Program-made: the position numbers and the translations under genes
DNA from: Promethearchaeota archaeon
GTDB lineage: Archaea > Asgardarchaeota > Heimdallarchaeia > Hodarchaeales > Hodarchaeaceae
DNA: 64,000 nt
NCBI GenBank assembly: GCA_048938105.1
Contig: JBHLMN010000014.1
Coordinates: 1-64,000, forward strand
Direction of reading: 5' to 3'
The notes under the pieces: generated by a model
Seen by the model: only the letters and a program-made list of their open reading frames with translations
Database searches by the model: none
What the model was told of the DNA's origin: nothing
Shown: piece after piece, positions 31,043 to 39,843 of the stretch
Numbering within the stretch: position 1 is the first letter of the stretch
Layout: every line of letters begins with the position of its first letter

Positions 31043-31459
31043 TCAAGAGATTATTCGTGCTGCGCTCGCGATCCGGGGCCATGCATCTGCAGCCTCTTTT
31101 GATACTGGCCCTCGAATTTCACTTCCCCGTGGTTCTCCGCTTTCATTTGTCACTACAACTGCGTTATCCTCGAAAAAAATCCAGCTTCCGTCAGATCTTT
31201 TATATGGTTTCTTTTGTCGAATCACTACTGCATGGACTATTTGTCTTCGAAGTTTTGGGGTTCCTTTTTTCACTGAACAAACTATCATATCGCCAACTCT
31301 TGCAGCAGGTAGGCGCCTGAGTCGTGTATTATGTCCTTTCACACTAATTACTTGAACTATTCTTGCTCCAGAGTTATCAGCTACCCTAATAATAGCTCCA
31401 GTTGGCAATGCTCGGGTTATTCGTCTTGTTACGAGCCTTAATGATCGTCTTTTTTTCAT
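31043..31459 (-). CDS. rpl14: 50S ribosomal protein L14 (uL14)
   Basis: VADNSGA, FEDNAVV and GPVSKE. Confidence 0.98.
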   Translation of the reverse strand: MKKRRSLRLVTRRITRALPTGAIIRVADNSGARIVQVISVKGHNTRLRRLPAARVGDMIVCSVKKGTPKLRRQIVHAVVIRQKKPYKRSDGSWIFFEDNAVVVTNESGEPRGSEIRGPVSKEAADAWPRIASAARIIS

Positions 31460-31462
31460 TTT

Positions 31463-31807
31463 TTATTCCCCATTCCCTATTTTCTCAATTACAACGAATG
31501 ATACTGTTTTTGAAAGTGGACGGCACTCTCCGATACGTATACGGTCTCCCACTTTTGCGTCGATACAGGGAGGATTGTGAGCATGCATTCGTATAGTAGA
31601 TCGTCCATATCGTTTATATTTTCTCACTAACTCCAAGTAGGGTCGTTTTACTGTTACGGTTTTGTCCATTCGATCTGAAATTACTTCTGCTTCTATTATA
31701 CGGCCTCGAACAGATAATGTTCCATGAAAGGGGCAGTTTTGATCATCACATGTTCTCTTTGGAGTTGGAGCAATTCCAATATTTCGTGAATACTTTTTCT
31801 TCACCAT
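31463..31807 (-). CDS. rps17: 30S ribosomal protein S17 (uS17)
   Basis: CDDQNCPFHG, AHNPPC and ECRPLSKT. Confidence 0.98.
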   Translation of the reverse strand: MVKKKYSRNIGIAPTPKRTCDDQNCPFHGTLSVRGRIIEAEVISDRMDKTVTVKRPYLELVRKYKRYGRSTIRMHAHNPPCIDAKVGDRIRIGECRPLSKTVSFVVIEKIGNGE

Positions 31808-32088
31808 TTTCGTTTCCTCATTCGTTTAATTCGATCTTCATATCGTCCTTTCATTTGGATACCATTTATCTCAAATAATTGTTTGTCAATTGTTATTCTT
31901 AATGTTGCTTGATCTTTTGGGATTATTTTTGGCCCTTTTTTAGTCATTATCTGCCATGTACTTTTTGTTTCATTTCTGATCCAACCAGAAAATGATTTTT
32001 CTGCATATTTAATTTCACACTGCTTACCTATCAATCGAATTTTTAGAATATTTTTCTTTGTTAATGAATTATTGTGCATTTTCGGCAT
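31801..32088 (-). CDS. rnp1: RNase P protein component 1 (Rpp29/Pop4)
   Basis: Position between rpl29 and rps17; LIG, G.I..ETK, IIPK and R.EDR pattern. Confidence 0.85.
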   Translation of the reverse strand: MPKMHNNSLTKKNILKIRLIGKQCEIKYAEKSFSGWIRNETKSTWQIMTKKGPKIIPKDQATLRITIDKQLFEINGIQMKGRYEDRIKRMRKRKW

Positions 32089-32293
32089 CTTTTTCTTCCT
32101 TGTCGATTGTAAGGATTCGTGCCACTGTTCGTCTTAGCTCACGGACACGGCCTGCGGATTCCACAGATCCTGTTCTTGCTTTACCTCGTAATGTTAGTAA
32201 TTCGGTTTTTAATTCCACTAACTTCTTTTCACGTTCAAGAGAAGTCATCTTCCGAATTTCTGCTTTGCGTAATATGGCCGTTTTTATCACCAA
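32069..32293 (-). CDS. rpl29: 50S ribosomal protein L29 (uL29)
   Basis: EIRKM...ELRRTVARILT. Confidence 0.97.
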   Translation of the reverse strand: MVIKTAILRKAEIRKMTSLEREKKLVELKTELLTLRGKARTGSVESAGRVRELRRTVARILTIDKEEKDAENAQ

Positions 32294-32295
32294 AT

Positions 32296-33135
32296 TTAAT
32301 CAAAATCTTCAGCTTTCAATAATTTTTCTTTATCATTTGTTTTTTCGTCTTCTGGATCGGTTTCAGTAACAATTTCCTTTTTCAGTTCCACCTCTGGCTC
32401 GCTCTCAGGAATGGGTTCCTCCTCTATTTCAATTACTTCTGAATCGGACTTAGCAACACTTTCCTCTTCTGGTTCGATTTCAGCAATAATTTCTTCTACT
32501 AGCTCTTCTTCATCTTTAGGTTCGCCAAAAACATTAGGAATGAGTAAAGCGTCATCAGGTAGTACTGCATCAGGTTGCATAATTTTCACATGAACTCCGA
32601 TTACTCCCTGTTTAAGTGTTACTTCCATTACTGCTTCTTCTACATATTTTTTTGAGGGTTCTCCACATTTTGCTACAAATCCTTCCCTGAATACTTCCGA
32701 TCGTGCTCGTTGGGAGGTTAATTTTCCTTTAATAGTTATTTCACACCCTCTTGCTTCTGCGGCCATAATCCGTCGTACTAACGCGTATCCTGCTCTACGA
32801 AAATGAAATCCTTTTTGGATTTGGGAGATCAATCTTCCTGCCATTACTCGAGAGTTTAACCTGGGATTCTCAAGATCTTTAATTTCTAGTTGAGGAGTTT
32901 CTAGTCCATAAACATGTTCTAATATCTCGGTGATTTTCCTGACATTTCGGCCTCGTCTCCCTATCACCATCCCTAAGCGAACTGCATGAATAACTACTCG
33001 ATGCCCCATTGGTGTTTTATGAATCTCAATTTTCCCTTGTCCTGCTAGCTTAAGTTCATCATTCAGGTATTCACTTACTTGAACATATTGTAAGTTCCTA
33101 TTCAATAATTCTTTTCGCGCAGCCACTAAACTCAC
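32296..33135 (-). CDS. rps3: 30S ribosomal protein S3 (uS3) with acidic C-terminal tail
   Basis: KH motif GMVIGRRG, GKLTSQRAR and GVIGVHVKIM. Confidence 0.98.
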   Translation of the reverse strand: MSLVAARKELLNRNLQYVQVSEYLNDELKLAGQGKIEIHKTPMGHRVVIHAVRLGMVIGRRGRNVRKITEILEHVYGLETPQLEIKDLENPRLNSRVMAGRLISQIQKGFHFRRAGYALVRRIMAAEARGCEITIKGKLTSQRARSEVFREGFVAKCGEPSKKYVEEAVMEVTLKQGVIGVHVKIMQPDAVLPDDALLIPNVFGEPKDEEELVEEIIAEIEPEEESVAKSDSEVIEIEEEPIPESEPEVELKKEIVTETDPEDEKTNDKEKLLKAEDFD

Positions 33136-33608
33136 TCCTCCGTCAACACTACTTCGACATGTGTTAGCGTTTTATGGCTTGGTGATGAACGTCCTTGAGC
33201 TCGAGGTGTAAATCCTCGAATTTTCCGTCCCCTTTGTGCTGCCATATGGGTTATTCGTAATCGACTTACTTCTAATCCTTTAAAGGAGGAATTTTGTTCC
33301 GCATTTTCGAGAACCCTGAGAATTTCTTTGGCTGCTTTCCGGGGGTATCGTCCTGCTGGCCATTTTCTCAAATCACGTCGGTGTGGAATTTTTTTTCGGT
33401 ACCGTCGGAATGGAACGCTTTTTTCTTCATTTATCACTTGTTCAAGAAATTCTTGTGCAGTTTCTAAGTATTTACCTTTGAGTTCTCGACAGATTTCTCG
33501 AGCATGTTTCGGTGAAATGCGCATATTCCGTCCAGTAGCGACTGCAGTGCGGTCAGCATCTAACCCAAAGACTGAGATTTTGTAATTTGGCAATTCAAAT
33601 TCAACCAT
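33132..33608 (-). CDS. rpl22: 50S ribosomal protein L22 (uL22)
   Basis: ISPKHAREIC, GRYPRKAA and PRAQGR. Confidence 0.98.
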   Translation of the reverse strand: MVEFELPNYKISVFGLDADRTAVATGRNMRISPKHAREICRELKGKYLETAQEFLEQVINEEKSVPFRRYRKKIPHRRDLRKWPAGRYPRKAAKEILRVLENAEQNSSFKGLEVSRLRITHMAAQRGRKIRGFTPRAQGRSSPSHKTLTHVEVVLTEE

Positions 33609-33998
33609 TTTAGATGATAAGGAATAATTTTGAAATCTTTAGTATTCTTTTTTCTCTTGACATTTCCAAAGGATATTGGCTTATTTTAAACGTTTAAGGT
33701 TACCATTTTTTCGTTATAAAAAATCATCTCCCTCTATTGATTCGCATATCCTTTACTAATACATAATACGATTTAATATTTCTACTATCTTTTCATGTTA
33801 TTAGCTATTTTACCACGCTCAGCACATTATATTTTGTAATCTTATTCTTTTTAACTTTTATATATCCAGTTTTAGAATCATTAATTCTCCTCTATTTTCT
33901 TTCAGCTTCATTGCCCCCTTTTTACTCAGTACCCTCGAACCTTCATTTTTTTAACCTGATTCATTTTTCCCTTAACCTGAAATAACTGGTGATATCTT

Positions 33999-34394
33999 TT
34001 GTCCTCTCGTCGTGGTTTTCGTTATCGCGGATTTACATTAGATGAACTTCGTCAGAAATCCATGGATGAATTTATTTCCCTTCTTCCCGCCCGTCAACGA
34101 CGTTCATTAACTCGAGGTATGAGTACTCAACATATTAAGCTTATGGAGCGCATTCTCGCTTCTAAAGAGTCAAAACGGCCTGTTCGAACACATTGCCGTG
34201 ATTTCATTATCCTCCCTGAACTCATTGGTGCAGTGGTTCAAGTCTATAATGGCAGAGAATTTCTTCGGGTTAATCTCGAGCCTGAAATGCTTGGGCATTA
34301 TCTAGGGGAGTATGCACCCACCTGTAAACAGGTGAAACACTCTGCTCCTGGTATTGGTGCAACAAGAGGATCACAATTTGTTCCCTTAAAATAA
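33999..34394 (+). CDS. rps19: 30S ribosomal protein S19 (uS19)
   Basis: FRYRG, RTHCRD, MLGHYLGE and PGIGATRGSQFVPLK. Confidence 0.98.
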   Translation: MSSRRGFRYRGFTLDELRQKSMDEFISLLPARQRRSLTRGMSTQHIKLMERILASKESKRPVRTHCRDFIILPELIGAVVQVYNGREFLRVNLEPEMLGHYLGEYAPTCKQVKHSAPGIGATRGSQFVPLK

Positions 34395-34397
34395 GCC

Positions 34398-35135
34398 TTA
34401 GGTTTGAAAAAGTTGTGTTAATCTTAGATATAAATCATAAGCAGCACTTTTTTGAGCTTCTTTTTTGGTTTTACCATATCCTCTTCCTATTAGGATCTGA
34501 TTTTGATAAGTTCCTTGGCATGAGTACCAATATATAGGACTATGATCAACTCCTGCTTTCTTTTGAAATCGATAGGTGGGATTAGGTAGATTACGTTGTT
34601 GAAAAAACTCTTGGACTAGATTTTTCGGATTTTTCTCATTCTGACCCCATACTTTTAATTCCTCTTTTTCTTTGAGTAGAATTTTCTGTAAGTAGCCCTC
34701 AAAAAGTTGTAAGAGGAGTGTTTGACATGATTTTAGTCCATTAGCAATATATACCGCTCCAAAAATGGCTTCAACTGTATCAGCTAGGTCTTTTTTCTGA
34801 ATTTGGTAAGCTGGTGCGCAACGTAACATTGATTCAACCTGTAATTGTATTCCTACTTCTATTAACGTTTTATTTTGCACAATTTCAGCTCGTTTTATGG
34901 TTAAAATCCCTTCACTTTCAACTTCATGCTTATATAGCCAGTCGACTACTAGGAGATCTATGACTGAATCTCCTAACGTTTCGAGTCGTTGATTTGTATT
35001 AACGGTCGGATCCACTGATTTATAAGAAGGATGTGTAAGAGCTTCGAGAAGTAAAGGAACAGGTAGCTTTAAATTCCATTGAAGATTAAATTTTTGATAA
35101 TACGCCTTGTCCTTATCCAAAAACATCAGAACCAA
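34398..35135 (-). CDS. rnc: Ribonuclease III with C-terminal dsRBD
   Basis: ALTHPS, NQRLETLGD and LADTVEAIFGAVY; dsRBD NPKNLVQEF...GYGKTKKEAQKSAA. Confidence 0.93.
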   Translation of the reverse strand: MVLMFLDKDKAYYQKFNLQWNLKLPVPLLLEALTHPSYKSVDPTVNTNQRLETLGDSVIDLLVVDWLYKHEVESEGILTIKRAEIVQNKTLIEVGIQLQVESMLRCAPAYQIQKKDLADTVEAIFGAVYIANGLKSCQTLLLQLFEGYLQKILLKEKEELKVWGQNEKNPKNLVQEFFQQRNLPNPTYRFQKKAGVDHSPIYWYSCQGTYQNQILIGRGYGKTKKEAQKSAAYDLYLRLTQLFQT

Positions 35136-35342
35136 ATACTATCTAGATTCTTACTTTGTAAATAATTTAATAAATGGCTTTCATGAGCCTGTTGATAAAT
35201 TTTGGGTTTCTTTAGAAAAGATACAGGTGACAGAAGATGTTTCTTTGTGAATGTGTTTTTTTTTATATCATGAAGAATGATTTAAAAGAAGCTTAATCTA
35301 ATATCAGTTTAAACAAAATAAGATCGAGAAACTGTTCAGTAT

Positions 35343-36491
35343 ATGAAGGAAAAACTTATGACACCGAAAACGCTGAAGGAGTATGGTTTAGAGTTTATTA
35401 ATGAAATGGCTAAGGATCGAGAGGTAGCGCAACAGGAAATTGGTGTAGGTATATCTGGTGCGAGAAGTTCACTCATGACTCGAGGGGTTCAGCATTTTAG
35501 TTACAAAGAGATGGAAGAATTCATTAAAACCATTAAGAAATCAACAGCACGTATTGTAGATGGTGAACTGACACGTATTACACTTAAGTCTTTGGGTCGT
35601 ATTCGGGAGATTATTCAAAGTGATGTGAAATTTCTTGAAGAAGTAACCAAACCCGAGATCGAAGATCAAATCCAAGGATTAGAAACCGAAATTCGGAAAC
35701 TAAAAGATCAAATCAAAGAGAAAAATGCACAGCTTTCTCAACTTGAGCATGAACGTGAGGAAAACCGCCTTATTTTTGAGAAAAGCAAGGATAAGGTGAA
35801 TGAACAAGAGATCGAGATAAAACGATTACAAAATCAGGTTCAAAATCTTCAAGAGCAGGAAAAATTGACCCAGAGAAGAGTTGAAGAAATTAGATCGGAA
35901 CTTGCTGCAAGAGCGGCATTGATTGAGAAATTAAAAGAGAATGAAAAGATTCATGAAAAAGATATCGAAGAGGCTTTGGCATCTGTTGCTGAAACCTATC
36001 AAATACAAGAAGACTATTATGCTCGGATGCTAGAAGAAGCGATTCAGCAGCGATTGAAGCAGGTACGTCAGGATTATGACTTAGAAATCGAAGAGATGCA
36101 AACACGATTAAAAAATGAAATCCAACGGCACGAGGAGGATACTAAACAACATAAAATCACCGTAACTCGTCTTGAAGAAGCCCTTGCTATGGTGGAAGAA
36201 GAACAACAAGTGCTTCAAGAAAAACTTTCGAAGGTATATGATGAACGCACTCAACGTAACCTGATCTTGGAATATACCCAGCGATTACTTTCCACTCATC
36301 CTCTTTACGCCTCAATTCTTATATTGTTAAATCTTGGTGGTTCTCTAGATCTTCCTACTTTAGCTATGTCTGTTGGTGCCCATCCGATAAAGCTCAAACA
36401 GATGTTAGAAGAGTTGGTATCTAGAAATCTGATTAGTATTTCCTCTGATGATCCTCCAATCGTTAATGCAATCATGGAAACCATTCAGTAA
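35343..36491 (+). CDS. Long coiled-coil protein with a C-terminal winged helix
   Basis: About 210 aa of E/K/Q heptads, then LDLPTLAMSVGAHPIKLKQMLEELVSRNLI. Confidence 0.75.
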   Translation: MKEKLMTPKTLKEYGLEFINEMAKDREVAQQEIGVGISGARSSLMTRGVQHFSYKEMEEFIKTIKKSTARIVDGELTRITLKSLGRIREIIQSDVKFLEEVTKPEIEDQIQGLETEIRKLKDQIKEKNAQLSQLEHEREENRLIFEKSKDKVNEQEIEIKRLQNQVQNLQEQEKLTQRRVEEIRSELAARAALIEKLKENEKIHEKDIEEALASVAETYQIQEDYYARMLEEAIQQRLKQVRQDYDLEIEEMQTRLKNEIQRHEEDTKQHKITVTRLEEALAMVEEEQQVLQEKLSKVYDERTQRNLILEYTQRLLSTHPLYASILILLNLGGSLDLPTLAMSVGAHPIKLKQMLEELVSRNLISISSDDPPIVNAIMETIQ

Positions 36492-36815
36492 TAATATGGG
36501 AAATTTGTTCTAGATTTCCACATAATAATCTGTAAAAATCATTGTTCAAAATCTAGATCTGTTGTGAAGAAGCCCCTATTTTGGAATTGAATGGATATTA
36601 GAATCTCCATTGTTCCTACACTGTCTATTATAACCAATTTATCTGTTCCTTATTGCATGAATTTCATTGATAGGATCTCTAGGAATACTTTATTTCCCTA
36701 TTTTCTTCATTACACCTTATTTAAGTTGTATTTAACAAAGTAACTTGTGAAAAAAGGATTTTAGAAGGGCCGGTGCCGGGAATCGAACCCGGACAGGGTG
36801 GGCCACAACCACCGA

Positions 36816-36854
36816 TTATAGTGAATGAGGCAATTGTAAAAAGACCCCAATCAA
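36816..36854 (-). other. tRNA intron 2 (39 nt, position 24/25)
   Basis: Central helix GTAG/CTAT, bulges TCT and AAT, intron stem TGATTGGGG/CCTCATTCA. Confidence 0.85.
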
Positions 36855-36862
36855 GACTACCA

Positions 36863-36891
36863 GTGAATTATGAGTAAAAAACGACTCATAT
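36863..36891 (-). other. tRNA intron 1 (29 nt, position 15/16)
   Basis: Central helix GGAT/ATTC, bulges AAA and ACT, perfect stem TATGAGT/ACTCATA. Confidence 0.87.
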
Positions 36892-36937
36892 TTATCCTAC
36901 ACCGGCCAGATCGTCAAAATGCATTCAATTTCATGTG

Positions 36938-36944
36938 ATATAAA
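36938..36944 (-). promoter_or_regulatory. TATA box of tRNA-His
   Basis: Minus strand TTTATAT about 30 nt upstream of G-1. Confidence 0.6.
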
Positions 36945-37040
36945 TTACTACCTTTAATGTATCATTATAATATCATGACAATGATTCAATTGATTCATTG
37001 TTTTCCTTTCTTGAATATTGAATCCAAGTGTGGGGAAGAA

Positions 37041-38846
37041 TCAAAAGAATTTTGAATAATTTCTAAGGAATTCAAGGAATCTTTCTTTAAGATAAGTCGT
37101 TTCTCCTACATCTGTATTTCCAATGATCTTTTTAATAAAAATTTCAGAATTAAAGTCCATTTTCCTCCCCTTAAGGGCTTCCTCTCCATGTTTTAAAGAT
37201 TCTTTAACCTTTTGTATTAATGAACTATCTTCAAGTAATTTATTCCGATATTTCCTTAATATCACAGCTGCGATAATATCCCCCCAGCGTTGCATTTCTT
37301 GTTTACTCTTTCCCCAATAGCTTATGATAAGAACATTATTTTTCCTGGATATGTTGGTCAAACCACCAATCGAATAACCTTTTCTTATATATTCCAACTG
37401 TAGTTTTAATATACCTGTACCCCTTTTAACATCAAAATGTCCTATCGTTTTTAAAAAATCTAAGAGATAATCTCGTGCTGAAATACATCCTTTATGACTT
37501 CCAATTTCTCTTATTAACTTATTTTGGATGACCTCTCTTGCCTCCTGTTTTTCCCCAATTCTTCCGATTTCATAAGTTATTATATCAGCTTTTCCTATAA
37601 GATGACTTGATCCTGAAGAGATTCTCCCCCACCTATCTTCTGATATGACTTGTGTGGACAGATTTAATGAATTAACATCATTAAATTCATTAGTCTTTCT
37701 AGTTATTGAGTCTCTAATATTTTTATCTTGAATTAATGCAGCATTAAATCTGTTGAAACTATTGTTTCTGCTTTCATTGTAGAATATGGTTAAATTATCA
37801 CTAATATCTTTAAATTGCGTTTTCTTAGCATTTATCAAGTTATAAGTGATATTAATAGGTTTAGAATAGTTTATTTTAAGTTCTTGTATCTTTCTACAAA
37901 TCATCGTTGCAGGAATTTTCTTCACTTCTTCCCACCAATCAGATCTCGGATTTATCTCCTTTATTAACCATGACCAAAATTTAAACATTAATACTGATTT
38001 ATCACAAACATAGATTTCTGTTTCAAAAGAATTATCAGGTTCAGGGTCTCTTTCAGCATATAATTTTAATACAGACCGATTGCTGTCATATATCTCGAAT
38101 ATCTTCTGTTTTTGTGGAGAATCCTTAGCATGATTTCTGAAACCTGCATCACCCCCTAAATCTTCAACATGCTTCCAAAAAATACCCTCTAATATCTCAT
38201 CCGTTAATTCTTTTGTGATTTTAAGTTTAAATACTGTTTGAAACCAAGTTCTGTATTGTTCTTTTATTTTTAAGGGATAATGATACCCTTTTTTTTCTAA
38301 TTCCTTAATGATTAATATTTTAAGGTGAGGTATGTTATCAATCGAAATTTCTTTAGTAATAATTCTTATGAAAGTAAATTTCTGATTATTTTGTTTAATA
38401 TATTTTCTAAATCGTTCTAATCCATTCTTATTCCAGCTGGAATTTACGTTTAGAATTAAAAATTGCTCTAAGCTCCCATGATATGGATTGAGTATTGTTA
38501 TAGGTATGAAAGGGGTTATTCCTTCTAATTTACCTCTGAAAGTGAGCCAATCTTCATAACAATTGGTTGGAAATTGTTTTTTCGTCATAAATCCTTTCAT
38601 TTTTTCATAAATATCCTCATAGAAACGAAAATAAAATTGGTTGTTCGGTTTATTTATAAGAAAAAGTTGATTTTGGAATCTCTTTTTCAGGCTATCAAAT
38701 CTGATCCATATCTCATCTAAAGAAACTCTATTATTGTCAATTTTAGTATTCCAATATTTAATTATCTGTCTTAAAGTTGCTATGGAGGTTTTATCCTCTA
38801 GTGTTTCATTATAAGGTAATGGATACTGGATACGAATGCGAATCAT
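37041..38846 (-). CDS. Hypothetical protein (low GC, no recognised motif)
   Basis: 601-aa open frame, K/I/N-rich. Confidence 0.75.
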   Translation of the reverse strand: MIRIRIQYPLPYNETLEDKTSIATLRQIIKYWNTKIDNNRVSLDEIWIRFDSLKKRFQNQLFLINKPNNQFYFRFYEDIYEKMKGFMTKKQFPTNCYEDWLTFRGKLEGITPFIPITILNPYHGSLEQFLILNVNSSWNKNGLERFRKYIKQNNQKFTFIRIITKEISIDNIPHLKILIIKELEKKGYHYPLKIKEQYRTWFQTVFKLKITKELTDEILEGIFWKHVEDLGGDAGFRNHAKDSPQKQKIFEIYDSNRSVLKLYAERDPEPDNSFETEIYVCDKSVLMFKFWSWLIKEINPRSDWWEEVKKIPATMICRKIQELKINYSKPINITYNLINAKKTQFKDISDNLTIFYNESRNNSFNRFNAALIQDKNIRDSITRKTNEFNDVNSLNLSTQVISEDRWGRISSGSSHLIGKADIITYEIGRIGEKQEAREVIQNKLIREIGSHKGCISARDYLLDFLKTIGHFDVKRGTGILKLQLEYIRKGYSIGGLTNISRKNNVLIISYWGKSKQEMQRWGDIIAAVILRKYRNKLLEDSSLIQKVKESLKHGEEALKGRKMDFNSEIFIKKIIGNTDVGETTYLKERFLEFLRNYSKFF

Positions 38847-39273
38847 GGTTCAACTATGAATTCTTTGCTTTAAATGCCTTTGACACTATATAATCAAAGA
38901 AATTCTTTCCTAAAACTGACCAATTACACTAGATATACTCACACTGAGTGTCATATTGTTTTTCACATTTTGTGATATATAATGTGCTGTTAAAAATTAC
39001 TTATTTTTGTTAAAGAACCTGAAAATATCTTCTGTTTCCACTTTCACCATTTTATTATCATCCCATTATAATATAGGAAAAAATCTGCTTAAATTTTTCC
39101 TACACTAGCCAATATAATTGATAAATTGTTATAGTGGAATTTTTTAGTAGAACTACCATTTGAAACATTTAACAAATTGTGTTAAAATAATGTTGTCAAT
39201 CAAGTATACAAATATTATATTCTAATCTACTTGATAATATAGAGAACGATCTTACAATATTAATAAGGTATCT

Positions 39274-39843
39274 GTGAGTCAATTTAGGGTGGATAAAATG
39301 ACTGATAAAAGTCCTGATACATCACAACTCGGTTTAGTTCACGTGATTTCTGGAGATGGCAAAGGAAAAACAACCTCTGCTTTAGGGTTGGCATTTCGTG
39401 CCGCAGGACATGGATTTCGGACTTTAATTATCCAATTTATGAAAAAAGGGTGGATTTATGGCGAATTACAAGCTATTAAGGATATTCCTGAGATTGAAAT
39501 CATCCAATTTGGGACTCCTGAATTTGTCGATAAAGCAAAACCGAGGAAAATAGACTTTGATGAAGCTAGGGCTGCTTTAGATCGTACTCGTGTAGCCATT
39601 ACTGACGAAAAGTGGGATCTTTTAATTTTAGATGAAATTAATGTCGCTTTAGACTTTAAACTGATATCTGAGAATGATGTCATTGATTTAATTAAGCAAA
39701 AACCTAAAAACCTAGAGTTGATTTTAACAGGCAGAGACGCGTCGAACAGTATCATTGAGCTAGCAGATTACTATACAGAAATCTGTGAACGTAAACATCC
39801 GTATCAAAGGAAGATATTAGCCCGAAAAGGTGTTGAGTATTGA
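39274..39843 (+). CDS. cobO: Cob(I)alamin adenosyltransferase (CobA/CobO/BtuR)
   Basis: GDGKGKTTSALGLAFRAAGHG, IIQFMK, ILDEI, LTGR and KHPY. Likely start at MTDK. Confidence 0.96.
   Translation: MSQFRVDKMTDKSPDTSQLGLVHVISGDGKGKTTSALGLAFRAAGHGFRTLIIQFMKKGWIYGELQAIKDIPEIEIIQFGTPEFVDKAKPRKIDFDEARAALDRTRVAITDEKWDLLILDEINVALDFKLISENDVIDLIKQKPKNLELILTGRDASNSIIELADYYTEICERKHPYQRKILARKGVEY

Larger units (their letters stand above)
36768..36907 (-). tRNA. tRNA-His(GUG) with encoded G-1 and two introns (positions 15/16 and 24/25)
   Basis: Spliced: G GCCGGTG TA GGAT AATGGTA GTCT C GGTGG TTGTGGC CCACC CTGT CCGGG TTCGATT CCCGG CACCGGC C. CCA is not encoded. Confidence 0.93.

Noticed and set aside
32296-32520. 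Long acidic tail of uS3
   Set aside because: Acidic C-terminal extensions are common in archaeal S3.
36817-36853. Alternative register for tRNA intron 2 (central helix TAGT/ACTA, site 25/26)
   Set aside because: It would leave two extra nucleotides before the anticodon stem, whereas the 24/25 register gives a canonical cloverleaf.
36500-39270. Integrated element at tRNA-His
   Set aside because: No integrase and no att duplication of the tRNA 3' end; the orphan gene lies on the 5' side of the tRNA.
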